A DNA stretch of 64,000 nt from Felis catus. Taxonomy: Eukaryota. Under the pieces are notes generated by a model, which ran no database searches, was not told where the DNA came from, and saw nothing but the letters and a program-made list of their open reading frames with translations. A program made the translations under genes and the position numbers. The DNA lies in the NCBI RefSeq assembly GCF_018350175.1, contig NC_058368.1:4154001-4218000 (forward strand). Direction: 5' to 3'. This document shows, one piece after another, positions 26,505 to 40,339 of the stretch (positions are counted from its first letter, which is position 1; every line of letters begins with the position of its first letter).

Positions 26505-26860
26505 ATGCTGGGGACTGAATGCTTGCGTCCACCCCGCCCCCCACTCATATGTTGAAAGCCTAATCCCCAATGTGATGGGATTTGGAGGTGGACTTTGGGG
26601 AGGTAATTAAGTCATGAGGGCGGAGCCCTCAAAGTGGGATTTGTGCCCTTATTAGGAGAGACAAAAGAAAGCTTGCTTCTGTCTCTGTCTCTCTGTGTCC
26701 CTTCCCCTACCCCGACCATGTGGGGGCAGAGCGAGAAGGCAGCTGGCTGCTGACACCCTGATCTCAGACTTCCAGGCTCCGGAACGGTGAGAAATAAATG
26801 TCTGTTGTTAAGCCATCCAGTCTATGGTACTTTGTTACGCAGCCTGGTTGACTAAGGCGC
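26505..26860 (+). mobile_element. MLT1A/B-type solo LTR
   Basis: GGACTGAATG...CATATGTTGAAAGCCTAATCCCCAATGTGATG...AGAAATAAATGTCTGTTG...TATGGTACTTTGTTA...GACTAAG. Confidence 0.85.
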
Positions 26861-27714
26861 ATAATCTCAAGGGAGATTTTGGACCATCCATATAGATCCA
26901 AATAGGCTCAAGGAAGCCCAGACTTCATGGCATGGTGAAGAGAAACACTTGTCTTTCTTCTCGTGGAAAAGGTGAGGAGCCAGCCCACTTATGAGGGGAA
27001 ACTGAAGAATTTTTCCCTGTGTGTAAATTTAGGCTGCACCGTTGCAGAAAGAGACTATACCTTAAAAACAGTTGTCCTAAAAATATTAACATTGTAAGAC
27101 ATACAAACACTGAAAACCCTTTAGTACGTAAGCTAAGTATTCTGAAGGTGACTTGGGGGCTTGATATTGCTGTTGAAAACAAGGGTATTCTAACTCAGAG
27201 GAGATAGCCTTTCCTAATCATAACACGAACTCCAGAAATCCGGAAGAAAGAAAATATCAAATTGTTTCTTTGTGCATCGAGGTATGGTGTGCATACTGGG
27301 GAAGGGGGTAGAAAATGAAATTAGAAATGAGGGTAGGAGGGAAAATATGTAAAATAAAATGAAATGCAATTCAATAAAACACAATAGAGCAAAATAAAGT
27401 AATAAATGAGCAGAGTCTCAGATAATAGTACGCCACAAGCTAAAAATAATTGATTTGATTGATTGTGTTGTGTGCATACACGATATACGAACACAGACAA
27501 GTTTAAAACGCAAGTAAGCAGATTTGGCAACAATATTTATAACATATGAAATATATAAATTGTTATTTATAATATAAAAATCATTGTTTCAAATCAATCA
27601 GAACATGTTAAATAATAGACAAAGACAGCAAGTCACAATAGTGGAAACACAATGACCAATAAATTTGTGAAAAACTGCCCCTCTTCACTTCGACGCAAAG
27701 AAGGAATGAAAATT

Positions 27715-27850
27715 GAGGGGGGCACTTGTTGGGATGAGCACAGGGTGTTGTATGTAAGTGACGAATGACAGGAATCTACCCTCGAAGCCAAGAGCACACT
27801 GTATACTCTGTATGTTAGCTAACCTGACAATAAATTATATTTAAAAAAAA
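27715..27850 (+). mobile_element. Short carnivore L1 3' end within older L1 sequence
   Basis: GGGCACTTGTTGGGATGAGCAC...GTTGTATGTAAG...AATAAATT tail. Confidence 0.8.
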
Positions 27851-28220
27851 CAGTGAGATATATTTTTCACCTAATTGGCCCCAGAAAGAAAAATGCTGAT
27901 CAAATTCAATGTGAAGCAAAGCGAAAGTTGGAAAAAACAGTCCGTTTTCATATACTCCTGGCAATAATGTTAACTAGTATGACCTTTTTGAGAGTAATGT
28001 GGCATTACCATAAAACTATAAATGCATGTCACTTGACCTAACAATCTTCTAGAAATCTTTCCTACAGAAATATAAGCACATTCTGGCAAAAATATTACCT
28101 ATGGTACATTTACATTAACAAAATAATTGGAAATACCCTACTAGCCACTAATAAACGAATATCACGCTAGCATTTTGGTATACTTAGGACAAAAGTAAGT
28201 TTTAAAATAATACAGCAGAT

Positions 28221-28390
28221 GGGGAGCCTGGGTGGCTCAGTCGGTTGAGCATCCGACCCCCCATCTAGGTTCAGGTCACGGCCGCGTGATTTGCGAAATG
28301 CAGCCCACGCCAGGCTCTGCCCTGACAGCAGATTCTGTCTCTCTGCCTCTCCCCCACTCGTGCCCTCTCTCAAAATAAGTAAGTAAAACA
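28221..28390 (+). mobile_element. Diverged Can-SINE, followed by an interrupted (TG)n tract at ~28442-28545
   Basis: GGGGAGCCTGGGTGGCTCAGTCGG head and tail. Confidence 0.82.
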
Positions 28391-28441
28391 TTCCAACAAT
28401 AAAACATGAAACAATACAGCGGAATGCAGCACGGTCGCCTT

Positions 28442-28475
<34 letters not shown>

Positions 28476-30412
28476 TGCACAGTGCATGGTGTGTGTGTGT
28501 GCATGTGTGTGTGTGTGTGTGCACGTGCACAGGAGGCATGTGTGTTGCCCCCCGTGTGATGGATTTGGATTGGAAGTAAGGAGGGATCCTCTTCAGTGCA
28601 CACATCTCTGTCTTTGAGCTCTCGTTACAGACTCCCGGACCCATGTTCTCGTCTCGGAGTCATGGTTCTCTTTTCACGCTAGACCTTCAGAGAGGACAGG
28701 GTGCAAAACCCATTCAAATTCCAACACAAGCGACCTTTTTCTTAGGAACCTCATCTGGGGACAGAGTCTTACTTTACAGCCTCTCCCCCGGTGTCAGAGA
28801 CCTTCCCAATAAAGGGACCGATTGTCAGAGGCATCTGTTTCATAACGCTTTGCGCGCAGATACAATTGTGAGATAAAGCAGCAGAACGCATTTCCTGTAT
28901 TAAATATCACACCGAGGCGGTACTTAGGGTAGCAACCAGAAGGTTAAATAAATAGGAGACGAGAATTGGCAGAAAACGGCACGTTCGCCACCTTCTCTAG
29001 TCGGTGTCCACCAGTAAGGAAAAGGGCAGCGGGGCTCGAGGCAGCAACTGGGAGTGGCCTCGAATCAAAAGGATATCTGTCTAGAAGTATGTTCAGTGAG
29101 CTGTTGGCCGGGGTCACTTCTGAGAGCAGGACGATACTTTTACTTCTTGCTTTAATTATCAAAAACTACACAGCTTTTCAAAAAAGAGAATAAATTAGAA
29201 TTATGGGTGATAGGAGTGATTTTTTTCTTACTTTGTTTTTCTTTAATTATCCAAATTTCCATAATTAATACGTGTTGTTTTTGTAATCGGGGGAAAAAAA
29301 TCCCAATGCTTGAAATTGAACATTTTTTCGGAGCCCGACACATAAGCCTCCTGTTGGGGATTCCTATGGCGCGAGAAGCCTAGATTAATTTACAGAGGCT
29401 ATTAACACTTAGGTTGGCAGGACTCCCTACTTGTGAAAACAAAAACAGCGTTTTAGAGAGATATTTAATTAACAGAAAACAATAGTGAAATAGTGTGATC
29501 TTGTAACAGAACAGAGCTTAGAGTCATATGCTCTTGAGGTCGATTTTAGCCATGGGACCTGGGAAAGTGACATAGCTCTCCTGACCCTCCCTCTCGTAGC
29601 CTTCGAACTGTGAATCTAACAGGGTGCCAGGCGGAAGGGGGAGAGTTAACTGGGAGCTCTTGTCAATAACTCTGCAGAACGCATAGGAAAGCAAAGTGCC
29701 ACCATGTTGCCAACCCGTTGGAGACCCCAAAGGAGCTGTCAGATCATCATGGAGACATTTGAGGGAGGGCTGGACACTTCACTGTCTCTGATGATAAAGG
29801 CTCTCCCGCCAGGTCCCATGTGCATGTGGCCCCAGAGTCCTTCACTTGTGGTCACTCTCCAGACTTTTTACCAGTTGGATTCCTCCACCTTTTACTGGCT
29901 GAAGTCCTCACCGTTCACCCATGTCATGCGCGTTCTTGCAAGACCACGCCCTTAATCTTAGCACAAGAATTCTTGTTCCTTCCCAGTACCTCAAGTTTTT
30001 GCCCCTCTCGGTAGAAGCCCACACCACACCAGGAGAGCAGAATCACAAAATGCTGCCCCCTCCCTCCTCCCTGACATACACAGATCACCCCTGCTGTGTT
30101 CCCAGTTATTCCTCCCTGCCTCCATGGAGAGTCTTGCCCTCCTCCATACGCTCAGCTTGGCACTTATGAAAGGCCAAACGTCCTTCTCTGTTTTGGGGGA
30201 CTCTGCCCCTCTGAGACCGGAGGAATCACTCCTTGTCTCGCTGTACCTGTATATGAAAGTCCTACCAGTCATTGAACTTGGTACACACTTCACGTATTAT
30301 TTTGAGAGAATCTTAATTATAATCTTAAACATTCATCTAAAGAATGGTGCGTCCTTGACCTTGACTTCTAACATGAACAGGAGTGAAGTATCCCCTTTAA
30401 AAACTATCATGA

Positions 30413-30636
30413 GGGGCGCCTGGGTGGCTCAGTCGGTTAAGGTCCGACTTCAGCCCAGGTCACGATCTCACGGTCCGTGAGTTCGAGCCCTGCGTCGGGC
30501 TCTGGGCTGATGGCTCAGAGGCTGGAGCCTGCTTCCGATTCTGTGTCTCCCTCTCTCTCTGCCCCTCCCCCATTCATGCTCTGTCTCTCTCTGTCTCAAA
30601 AATAAATAAACATTAAAAAAAATTTTTTTTAAATAA
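30413..30636 (+). mobile_element. Can-SINE with TSD
   Basis: TSD AAAACTATCATGA. Confidence 0.94.
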
Positions 30637-32739
30637 AAACTATCATGATACACTGAACTTTTTGTTTGTATAATACTGAAACGTCACAGCAGCAAGTTCT
30701 AAAACTCAAAGTTATCCACTTTCAGATTCTATAAAACAAGTTGCCTGCCAAAATGCAAAATATCTTTTGGCTTCAAGATGAGAAATGCTTTTAAAAAGAG
30801 GAATACAGAGTGCTTTCTCTCCTAAAGAGGAACAACTTTTTCTCACTTGTTACAGTCAGAAATAACATGTCTTTTTTTTTAGCAATGCTTAAAATAGTCA
30901 AGAGTTAACATGTGTTCCATACTTACTACGCGACGGTACTATTCTAATGTTGACAAGAACTAAGGAGCAGTGTTCTTATTATTCCCATTTTAGAGAGAGG
31001 GAATTTGAAGTTTAAAATGACTTGTTCATCCTCAGAAGTGTATGTCAAAGTATCGGACTTCAAACCAAGGGAACCTTGTGTGAGAGACCATCCACCTAAG
31101 TCATATGGTTCTAACTAGGACATTGAAAGGTGGTAAGTTGTCTAGAATAGTTTCCTTTTCCAAACTCTTTACATCTCTCACTTGCTTTCAATAGTCTATG
31201 AAATTAGAAAAAAAAACAATACTAAACTCTGAGACTCGTACAATCCGTACGTCTTGACTTTGAATCATGTTAGAAAAGTTCTAATGTAGTCATTTTTTAC
31301 AAATTATAAATGGCAACTATGCCATGGTATATGCTTTATAAAAAGCTTTATATGCTTTATAAAATAGCAGATGAAGTAACTCATTCCCAACTCATTTTAG
31401 GAGGCCAGCACTGCCCTATACCCAAGCCATACACCAAACAAAGACATTCCAAGAAAAGAAAACTAAAAATCACTATGCATCATGAACACACAGGCCAAAA
31501 AACATCAACAAATCGAATCCAGCAATATATATAAAGAGCTCATATATCACAATCAAATCCCAAGAATGCGAGACTAACCTAACATGTAAAAATCAATCCA
31601 CGTAATTCCCTATATAAACAAACTGAAAAAAAAAAACATATGATCACCTCAATAGATGCAGAAAAATCATATCCTACAAGTCACCATCCATTTATGATAA
31701 AAACTCTCAGAAAACTAGGGATAGAGAGGGCTTTCCCCAAATTGTTAAGCATATGAAAAAGCCCTATAGCTACTATTATACCTAATGGTGAAAACTGTGT
31801 GCTTTTTCTTTGAGAGCAGGGCAAAGGCAAGGATGTCTTCTCTTATTATTCTGATTTAACATCTAATGAAAGTCCTAGTTAGTGCAATAAGGCAAGAAAA
31901 AAGAAACAGAAGACACGCAGATTGGAGAAATAATAAAACAATCTCAACTTGTAGATAGCATTGTTTGTGTAGAACATCCCCAAAAGCTTTTTAAAAATCC
32001 TAGAACTGGTAAGTTATTCTAGCACGGTAACAGGATAAAAGGTCAGTATGCAAAAATCAATTGTATTTCTCTAGATTCGTAGTGAACAATTGAAATTCAA
32101 AATTAAGAAAACAACATAATATACAACAACACCAAACAATTAAATACATAGGTGTAAGTCTTGTAAAATATGTGAAGAATATTTATAGCAACAGATCTAA
32201 AACACTGATCAAAGAAAACCGAGAGAGAGAGAGAAAGAGAGAGAGAGGTCACATTCATAGATTGGAAGCTTTTGCAATGTCAATTGTAAGACCCACGCAT
32301 TCAACACAATGTTAGTTAAAACCCCTGAGAGATTTCAACAAGCTTATGCTAAAATTTGTATGAAAATTCACAAGAACTGGAATAGTCAAAAAAATACTGG
32401 AAAAAAAAAAGTGGGAGGATTGACACCACCTGATTTCAAGACTTATTATAAAGCTACGGTAAATAAATGCAGTGCGATACTGACTAATAAAGACACGGGT
32501 CAACAGAAGGGAATAGAATGCAGAAATAGACTCACACAAAATATAGTCAACTGGGGTGTCTTTTGTTTTTTACAAAGGTACAAAGGCGGAGTGCCTGTCA
32601 GTCAGTTAAGCATTTGACTCTTGATCTACTCAGGTCATGATCTCGTGGTTTGTGAGTTCAAGCCCCGCATCGGGCTGTGTGCTCATGGCACCAAGACTGC
32701 TTGGGATCCTGTCTCCCCCCTTTTTTTTCCAATACAAGA

Positions 32740-33615
32740 TTTTTATTTTTTTAATTTTTTAATTTTTATTTATTTTTTTTCCTTTTTTAAAAATTTATTT
32801 TTTAATTCACATCCAAGTTAGTTAGCACATGGTGCAACAATGATTTCAGAAGTAGATTCCTTGTGCCCCTTACCCATTTAGTTCATCCCCCATCCCACGA
32901 CACCTCCAGTGACCCTCTGTTTGTTCTCGTATTTAAGAGTCTCTTATGTTTTGTACCCCCCCCATTTTTATATTATTTTTGCTTCCCTTCCCTTATGTCC
33001 ATCTGTTTTGTCTCTTAAAGTCCTCATATGAGTGAAGTCATTTGATATTTGTCTTTCTCTGACTAATTTCGCTTAGCATAATACCCTCCAGTTCCATCCA
33101 CATAGTTGCAAATGGCAAGATGTCATTCTTTTTGATTGCCGAGTAATACTCCATTGTCTATATATACCACATCTTCTTTATCCATTCATCCATCGACGGA
33201 CATTTGGGCTCTTTCCATACTTTGGCTACTGTTGATAGTGCTGCTATAAACATGGGGGTGCACGTGTCCCTTCGAAACAGCACACCTGTATTCTTTGGAT
33301 AAATGCCTACTAGGGCAATTGCTGGGTCATAGGGTAGTTCTATTTTTAATTTTTTGAGGCACCTCCATACTGTTTTCCAGAGTGGCTGCACCAGTTTGCA
33401 TTCCCACCAGCAGGGCAAGAGAGAGCCTCTTTCTCCGCATCCTCGCCAACATCTGCTGTTGCCTAGTTGTTAATGTTAGCCATTCTGACAGGCGTGAGGT
33501 GGTATCTCCTTGTGGTTTTGATTTGTATTTCTCTGATGATGAGTGATGTGGAGCATCTTTTCATGTGTCTGTTAGCCATCTGGATGTCTTCTTCGGAAAA
33601 GTGTCTCTTCATGTC
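32740..33615 (-). mobile_element. Younger carnivore/felid L1 3' end (antisense)
   Basis: ORF 33158-33418(-) [31 protein letters not shown] is the L1 ORF2 C-terminus; poly(T) tail at the left. Confidence 0.92.
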
Positions 33616-33624
33616 TTGCGTCAT

Positions 33625-34215
33625 GCACTACTAGGTATTTATCCTAAAGATATAAAGATGCTTAATTCAAAGGGGCACGTGCTGAATGTTTACAGCAGAG
33701 CTATCGACAATAGCCAAAGGGCCCAAATGTCCATCTACTGATGAATGGATAAGGAAGATGTGATAGGTAGATAGATAGATAGATAGATAGATACATAGAC
33801 AATGGAATACCGCTCGGTAATCAAAAAGAATGAAATCTTGCCATTTGCAACAGCGTGGATGGAACCAGAGTGTATTATGCTAAACGAAATTAGCCAGGCA
33901 AAGAAAGATAAATATCATATGATTTCACTCGTATGTGGAATTCAAGAAACAAAACAGATGCACATAGGGGAAGGGAAGGAAAAATAAGATAAAAACAGAG
34001 AGGGGGGGCAAACCATAAGAGACTGTTAAATACAGAGAGCAAACTGAGGGTTGATGGAGCAGAGGTGGGTGGGGGGACGGGCTAAATGGGGGATGGGCAT
34101 TAAGGGGGGCACTTTCTGGGATGAGCACTGGGTGTTATATGTAAGTGACGAATGACCGGTTCTACTCCTGAAACCAGAACTACATCGTACGCTAACTAAC
34201 TTGAATTTAAATAAA
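33625..34215 (+). mobile_element. Carnivore L1 3' end (sense) containing (AGAT)n at ~33765-33795
   Basis: KKNEILPFATAWME motif in ORF 33802; 3'UTR ending CTAACTAACTTGAATTTAAATAAA. Confidence 0.9.
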
Positions 34216-35851
34216 TTTTTTGAGAATCCCAAAAAATAAAAACAAAAAAATATGCAAAAGATGTGAATAGGAACTTCACCAGAGAAGACGTACAGGTAGC
34301 ATGTAAGCACATGAAAAGGCGTTCAATGTCATAGGTCACGAGGTAACTGCAAATTGAAATAATGAAATACCATGACACATTATGCTAAAATCCAAGAAAA
34401 CTGACACCACTTGACAAGGATGCAGAGCAACAGAAACCCTTGCTCACTGCATGGAAGAATGCAAGATGGTGCAGTAACTTTGGAAGACAGGCAAGTTCTC
34501 TCAAGCTAACCGTAATCCCATCATATGATCCAGAAACCATGCTCCTAGGCATTTATTCACCCAGTTGAATTGAAAACCTACATCCACACAAACACCTGCA
34601 CAAAGGTGTTCAGCAACGTTTTTCACAACTGCCCAAACTTGGAAGAGACCAAGTTTTATGTAGCCAATGTGTCAACGTATTTATGCGATATGTAAACAAA
34701 CTATGGCACATCCATACAATGGAATGTTATTCGGCGATAAAAAGAGCTATTATGAAGCCATGAAAAGGCAGGGAGGAGCCTTCAATGCATATCCCCAAGT
34801 GAAAGAGGCAAATCTGAAAAGGCTACGCATTGTACGATTTCTATTATGTGACATCCTGGAAAAGGCAAAACCGTGGAGACATTAAACAGATCACTGGTGG
34901 CCAGGAGTTCAGGGCATTGGGGATGAACAGGTAGAGCACAGAGGATTTTTAGGGCGGTGAAGCTCTTCTGTACGATACTGTAATGGTAGATACATGACAT
35001 TACGCATTTGTTAAAATCCATAGGCTGGTACCGCACAACGAATGCACTTCAGTGTAAACTGAGGATTTCAGTTCATGACAATGTATCAATACTGATTCAT
35101 TAATTACAAGTGCGCCACACTAATGTAAGATGCAAATGATACGGGACAGTGTGTACAAAGCCTAGGGGTTCCGTGGGAAACCTCTGTATTAACTACTTGA
35201 TGTTTCCGTCAACCTGCAGCTATGTCATAAAATGAGGTCTATCCGTGTGAGAAAAGTTAAGCACTGGCATCAGCAAATCGCAAATTCACACCATCATCAG
35301 GCCCCAATGGGCTCCGTTTGAATGGCTACAGTTATAAAGACTGATACTATCAAGTGTTATCAAGGATGTAGAGCAAATGGGAATCTCACACCTTGTGGAC
35401 AAGAATGTAGAAAGATCTAACCACTTGGGGAAACAGTTGGGCAATTTCTTTTTCCTTTTTTTTAAGTTTATATTTTTTTTTGAAAGAGAGTGAGAGAGAA
35501 GGAGAGAGCTATGCCCTATAACCCAGAATTTCTCCTTCTAGGTGTTTACCTAAGAGAAATAAAAATTTATATCCACTCAAAGACTTGTCCACAAGGGTTC
35601 ATTAGCAGCTTTATATATAACAGCCAAATTTTGTGCTTTAATTCCTGTCTTCAATTACTTTCAGCAGTGTTCTGCTTCACTCAATGGTACCCCTGAACTG
35701 ACATTTTGGAGACGAAAGAAACTCTCTGCCCATAGGGGAGGAAGCAGTCCAGCCAGAGTAGGGGTGCCCACAGGAGCTGAGAGAGATTTCTAGGAAGTGG
35801 AGAGGAAGCTTTCTGGTGAGAACATAAGACTTTTGAAGTGTCGGGGGGGCT

Positions 35852-36250
35852 CTGTCTCAGTTCCTAGGACTGAGGTAATGTGGTACCTATTCTGGACTGG
35901 GCGGCTTAAACAACAGACATAGACCGTCACAGCTCTTGGAGGCAAGAGGTCTGAGATCGAGATGCTGACAGAGTTGGTCCTTCTGAAGGCTGCAGGAGAA
36001 TCTCTTCTAGGCCTCTCTCCTTGGCTGATATGGTCGTCTTCTCCCTGGGTCTATTCACGTCATGTTCCATCTGTATGTCTCTGTGACCAAATTCCAGCCT
36101 TTATGAGGAAGCTGGTCATATTAGATTAGAGCCCACCCTAATGACCTCATTTTAGTTGATTACTCCTGTAAAGACCAGCGTCCATTCTGAGTTCCTGGGG
36201 GTTAGGGTTCCAACATACGAATTTGGGGGCTACAATTCAACCTCTAACAG
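35852..36250 (-). mobile_element. MLT1-type LTR
   Basis: GGCTTAAACAACAGA...GGTCATATTAGATTAGAGCCCACCCTAATGACCTCATTT...ACAATTCAACC. Confidence 0.8.
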
Positions 36251-36544
36251 GCTTGAAACATTTCTTTTTAAGGTCATGTAGAAGATAAACAGATAATGGA
36301 AGAGTGGTCCCTGGCCTCTAAAGGACTTGAGGACATCCGGGCTCACCTTGGACTCAGATTAACCAGACCCAGGACAGGGTGATGTTCTGCCCTGATCCTT
36401 CTGAAGATCGAGCCCAACTCAAATTTGAGTTTGCTCTCCAAATAAGTGTCAGTGCTTCACTATTATTCTTTAATCGTCACAGGGAACAAAAATGAAACTT
36501 AGCTTCTCTGTTGAGAGTTTTCTCTGCTTGATTCTCAATTTTTC

Positions 36545-37150
36545 TCCCTCTTGAAATTCTTGATAAAATACACTAACATTAAATTCACCATCTTAACCAT
36601 TTTTAAGCGCACCCCTCAGTGGTACTAAATACATTTATATTTTTGTGTGACCATCACTGTCATCTCTGGATCTCTTTTGGTCTTGCAATACTGAATATCT
36701 GTCCCCATTGAACAAGAACTTCCAATGGCCCCCTCCCCTAAGCCCCTGGTAACCGATGTTTTTTGTTTTAATCTCCCCTTTCCCCCCACACCCCAACTTC
36801 TGGTAAGCACCACTCTACTCCCTGTTACTATGAGTTCAGTGGGGCTTTTTGTTTGTTTCTGGTTTAAGATTCCACGTATAAATGAGCTCCTGCAGTATCT
36901 GTCTTTCTCTGTATGGCTTATCCACTCCAGGTTCATCCACACCGTCAAAAATGTTAACTTTTCCTTCCTCTTTAAGTCTGAATAAGACCCCATTGTGCAG
37001 ATATACCACATTTTCTTTATCCACTTATCTGTCACCAGACGTTTAGCTTATTCCTCTCTCTCGGCTGTAGTGAAAACTGCTTCAATGAACATGGGGACAC
37101 GGAGCTCTTCCCTCTTCGATTTTATTTCCTTTGGATATACACTCCAGTGG
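36545..37150 (-). mobile_element. L1M-type 3' fragment
   Basis: AAATTCACCATCTTAACCATTTTTAAG; ORF 36625(-) resembles the L1 C-terminus (KWIKKMWYI). Confidence 0.8.
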
Positions 37151-39491
37151 GACTGCTTGATCAGCTTTACAGAAGCTGGTGGTCTCAACAACACCGAGGA
37201 CGCAGATGCTGTCATCTTCTCGCAGTGTAGGAAAAAGAAGCTTTGTGTCTCGCCCACATCGTCCAAGCTGTCATGAAGTTACGGATTAAAAAGAAGTCAG
37301 ACTCCAGTACCCTTGCCCCTCCCGCAGCATCGAGCTGCCCCCACACACGGAAAGCGTGTCCGTGAAACAAGTTCTAAAATCATTTCTCCCAATCTGCGTA
37401 CCTACAACTATGTTAGCTGATGTATAACCCAGGATGTCGCGAAACAAAAAGTTGAGAAGAGACGGCGTTAAAAAAGAGGTCCAGGTAACTCCAAGAACTT
37501 TGAAACTTAGCGGGGGGGAAAAATCTGTTACCCGAAACTGTATCTCGCCATCGCAGGAGTGTATGTGATTCTCCTGTCAAAGCAGAGAAACCAAGAAGCA
37601 TGTGTCAGCTGTTGGGAAGAAAATTAGCAGTGGGTGGTGACGGAGGGTCACGCGAGGCACCTGCTCCAGAATCCCAGGAAGCCCCCCCACCCCATCCTTT
37701 GATATGACAAGTGGAAGCTTCCTCCGTTTCAGGTGCAGTGAAACGTAGCAGGCAGCTAGCTCCTCAGCCGGGATCCGATCGCGGTCCCTGCACCACTCAC
37801 AGCCAGGTGGCTGAAACGCCATTTGGGGAAGAGTGACAAAAGCCGCCCACGGGTGACGTGGCACTAGGAGTCATCGACAAAACGTTCTCACCTCGTGTTG
37901 TTGCAACAGGTAACGACGTAGAGCGGAGTGACGTATTTCTTATCACTGTGGCACCAGACTTAACGTCACCCGTCTAAGTTTCTTGGAGGGAAAGAGAAAA
38001 GCTTTGCTTTCAGGGTGCTGCTCACAAAGCACAATGGTCCAGGCCACATGTCCACAGTGCAGGGAGCTCCGTGGGGCCAAAGCACAGCACTAATGAGCCC
38101 CGGGTCAAGAGGTCCCTCCTCATTCCAGAAGGGCCTTCAGCCACACTCTGCTCCTGGCGACAGATGGGGCCCTAACCTCAATTTCCTTTCATCTCACGCG
38201 TGGGGGGCGAGGGGGACGGGTCTCGGCCACAGGAGGACCAATTCATCATAATGTTCAGTGACTCGGGGAATTAACCCTCCCATCGAAGACGTTACAGCAT
38301 TGCTAGGCGTGTTTTGCACAGCAAATCTCCCTCGATGAGATTTGTGTGCATCAAGGATCATTTGCCTGGTTTTCGTGTGAGTCCCTGCTTTCAAACGCCT
38401 CCTGGAAGCTCCCGGTGAAACCGTAAGAGTCCTCGTTCAGTCCCTCACCTATTTCTGCCGGTGTTGAACTCGGGCAAGACCCTAGGATTACTTGCCGCTG
38501 CAACCAACCGTGCAGAGCACCAGGTGTTCTGACTCCCCGCGTCAGCTTCTAGGGAGGCCCTATTCCAGGGTGCAGGGGGATGGGATAGGGGTTTCATGCT
38601 AGTTGCAGGGGTGGGTGGCCTCCAAGAAGAAATGGGCACATGCCCACTCGGAACTATTTTGTCTTTTGAAATGTTTTCGTTGAATTCGCCTTAGCATCGC
38701 CAGAAATGTTACGTGGAGTCCAGGGATCCCAGGATTTTTTTTCCTGCCCTGCTTTTAAGAAGTCGTAAAGAATGACACCTGCACTTCAAACACCATTGGC
38801 GCTCTGGGCCTCTTTGAGCAATGATGTGTGCGGTAGAAAAGTTATAAAGGAAGTGTTGAAAAAGAAACGTGACTATTTAAATGTCATTTATACTGAGCTC
38901 AGTAGCTGTTCAAGCCAATGTTTTGCTATTAAATTTCGTTCGAGATTCACAGAACCCACTATAAAGTACACTTTCAGGAAAAATTAGATGAAACAAATTA
39001 GGGAGAGAAGTTACATAAAGAATGATTAGATTCTACTGTGTTCTCAGGTTTGCAAAAATGTTTTCACCTGACCTTCTAAAAGTTGGCAAATTTCCCTTAG
39101 AAAATAGAACATTTTCCTTCATTCCATGAAAGAGTGGTCTGTACCCCGGATTGTGATGAAGACAAAATTTCTGATGATCATCTGTTTTGATAAACACTAA
39201 AAATAAAATCATCTTGTTGTATCGAATCGGCCATTGTCAAGAACCGATTGTTAAGAGAACTCTAAATAATGTGCAACAGGTCTCATTTTAAATTACGGAG
39301 AATGAGACCAACGTGGTGATTTTTTGTGAGTTACAAGTGCAAACTATGCATTTAGGAGAAACAATCCCGAAGGCACAGATAGCTTTGGGGTTAGCACGGG
39401 GCAACGGCTTTCCTCTACCGAGTCCTTTTCTTTTGTGAATTTAAAAAATGCTCAACAGGTGTTACTGAATTACACCTATCTAAGAACTACA

Positions 39492-39708
39492 GGGGCGCCT
39501 GGGTGGCTCAGTCGGTTAAGCATCCGACTTCGGCTCAGGTCATGAACTCGCGGTCCGTGAGTTCGAGCCCCGTGGCGGGCTCTGTGCTGACAGCTCGGAG
39601 CCTGGAGCCTGTTTCAGATTTTGTGTCTCCCTCTCTGACCCTCCGCCGTTCATGTACTGTCTCCCCCTGTCTCAAAAATAAATAAACGTTAAAAAAATAA
39701 AATAAAAA
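39492..39708 (+). mobile_element. Can-SINE with TSD
   Basis: TSD TAAGAACTACA. Confidence 0.94.
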
Positions 39709-40339
39709 CTAAGAACTACATGTTGTTTTAAAATATAGTTTTCAGAATCCCCGATAAAGACCAAGAGTAAGTCTCTGCCCTCAGGCTTAAGGGAGAGAGT
39801 GGTACATATTTAGCCAGTGATTAATTGCTGGTTATCCGCGGAGTAATTACTTTAATTGAAACACCACCGTTTCGCTGGTGTTCAACCTCTACTAATTTAA
39901 GTTTCCAGGAAAAGACAGTTTGCTTTAAGTCTTTAAAGATGGGTCACGCTTCAGACGAAGACGACATTTTTAAAATGTTCCCCTCTCCTAGCAGCAGAGC
40001 CCCCTGGGTGTTGTCTGGAATGGTCTTAGAGTGCTATTTAACTACTCTGAATATCTGACACCCAGGCTTTGTGAAAAAATTGTGATTCTTATCAACGAAG
40101 AGGCAATTAAAGGCAGTCCTTTGGAACCCAGATGGATCAGGGATCTTATCACACTCCCGCAATCGCTGTCCTTCCCAACTAGGAAACAGATAACAGAAAC
40201 TGTGCTGCGTGAGGCACACTAGCCTAACGTGATTGGAAATCAAGCAGACTCTGGCTTCTCCGGAGCTGTGCTCCCCCACAGGCTGAATTATAGCTCTCCT
40301 ACCAGTCCCACGGCGCTGAATGATGTCATGGGATCTGCA

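Larger units (their letters stand above)
31360..35630 (+). mobile_element. Old plus-strand L1 (decayed ORF2 and 3'UTR) hosting younger insertions
   Basis: A-rich ORF2 remnants (TCAATAGATGCAGAAAAA, CCTGATTTCAAGACTTATTATAAAGCTAC; ORF 32309 contains GGLTPPDFKTYYKATV). Confidence 0.8.

Noticed and set aside
33158..33418. 86-aa ORF with clear protein-like sequence
   Set aside because: C-terminus of L1 ORF2p in a truncated element; not a functional gene.
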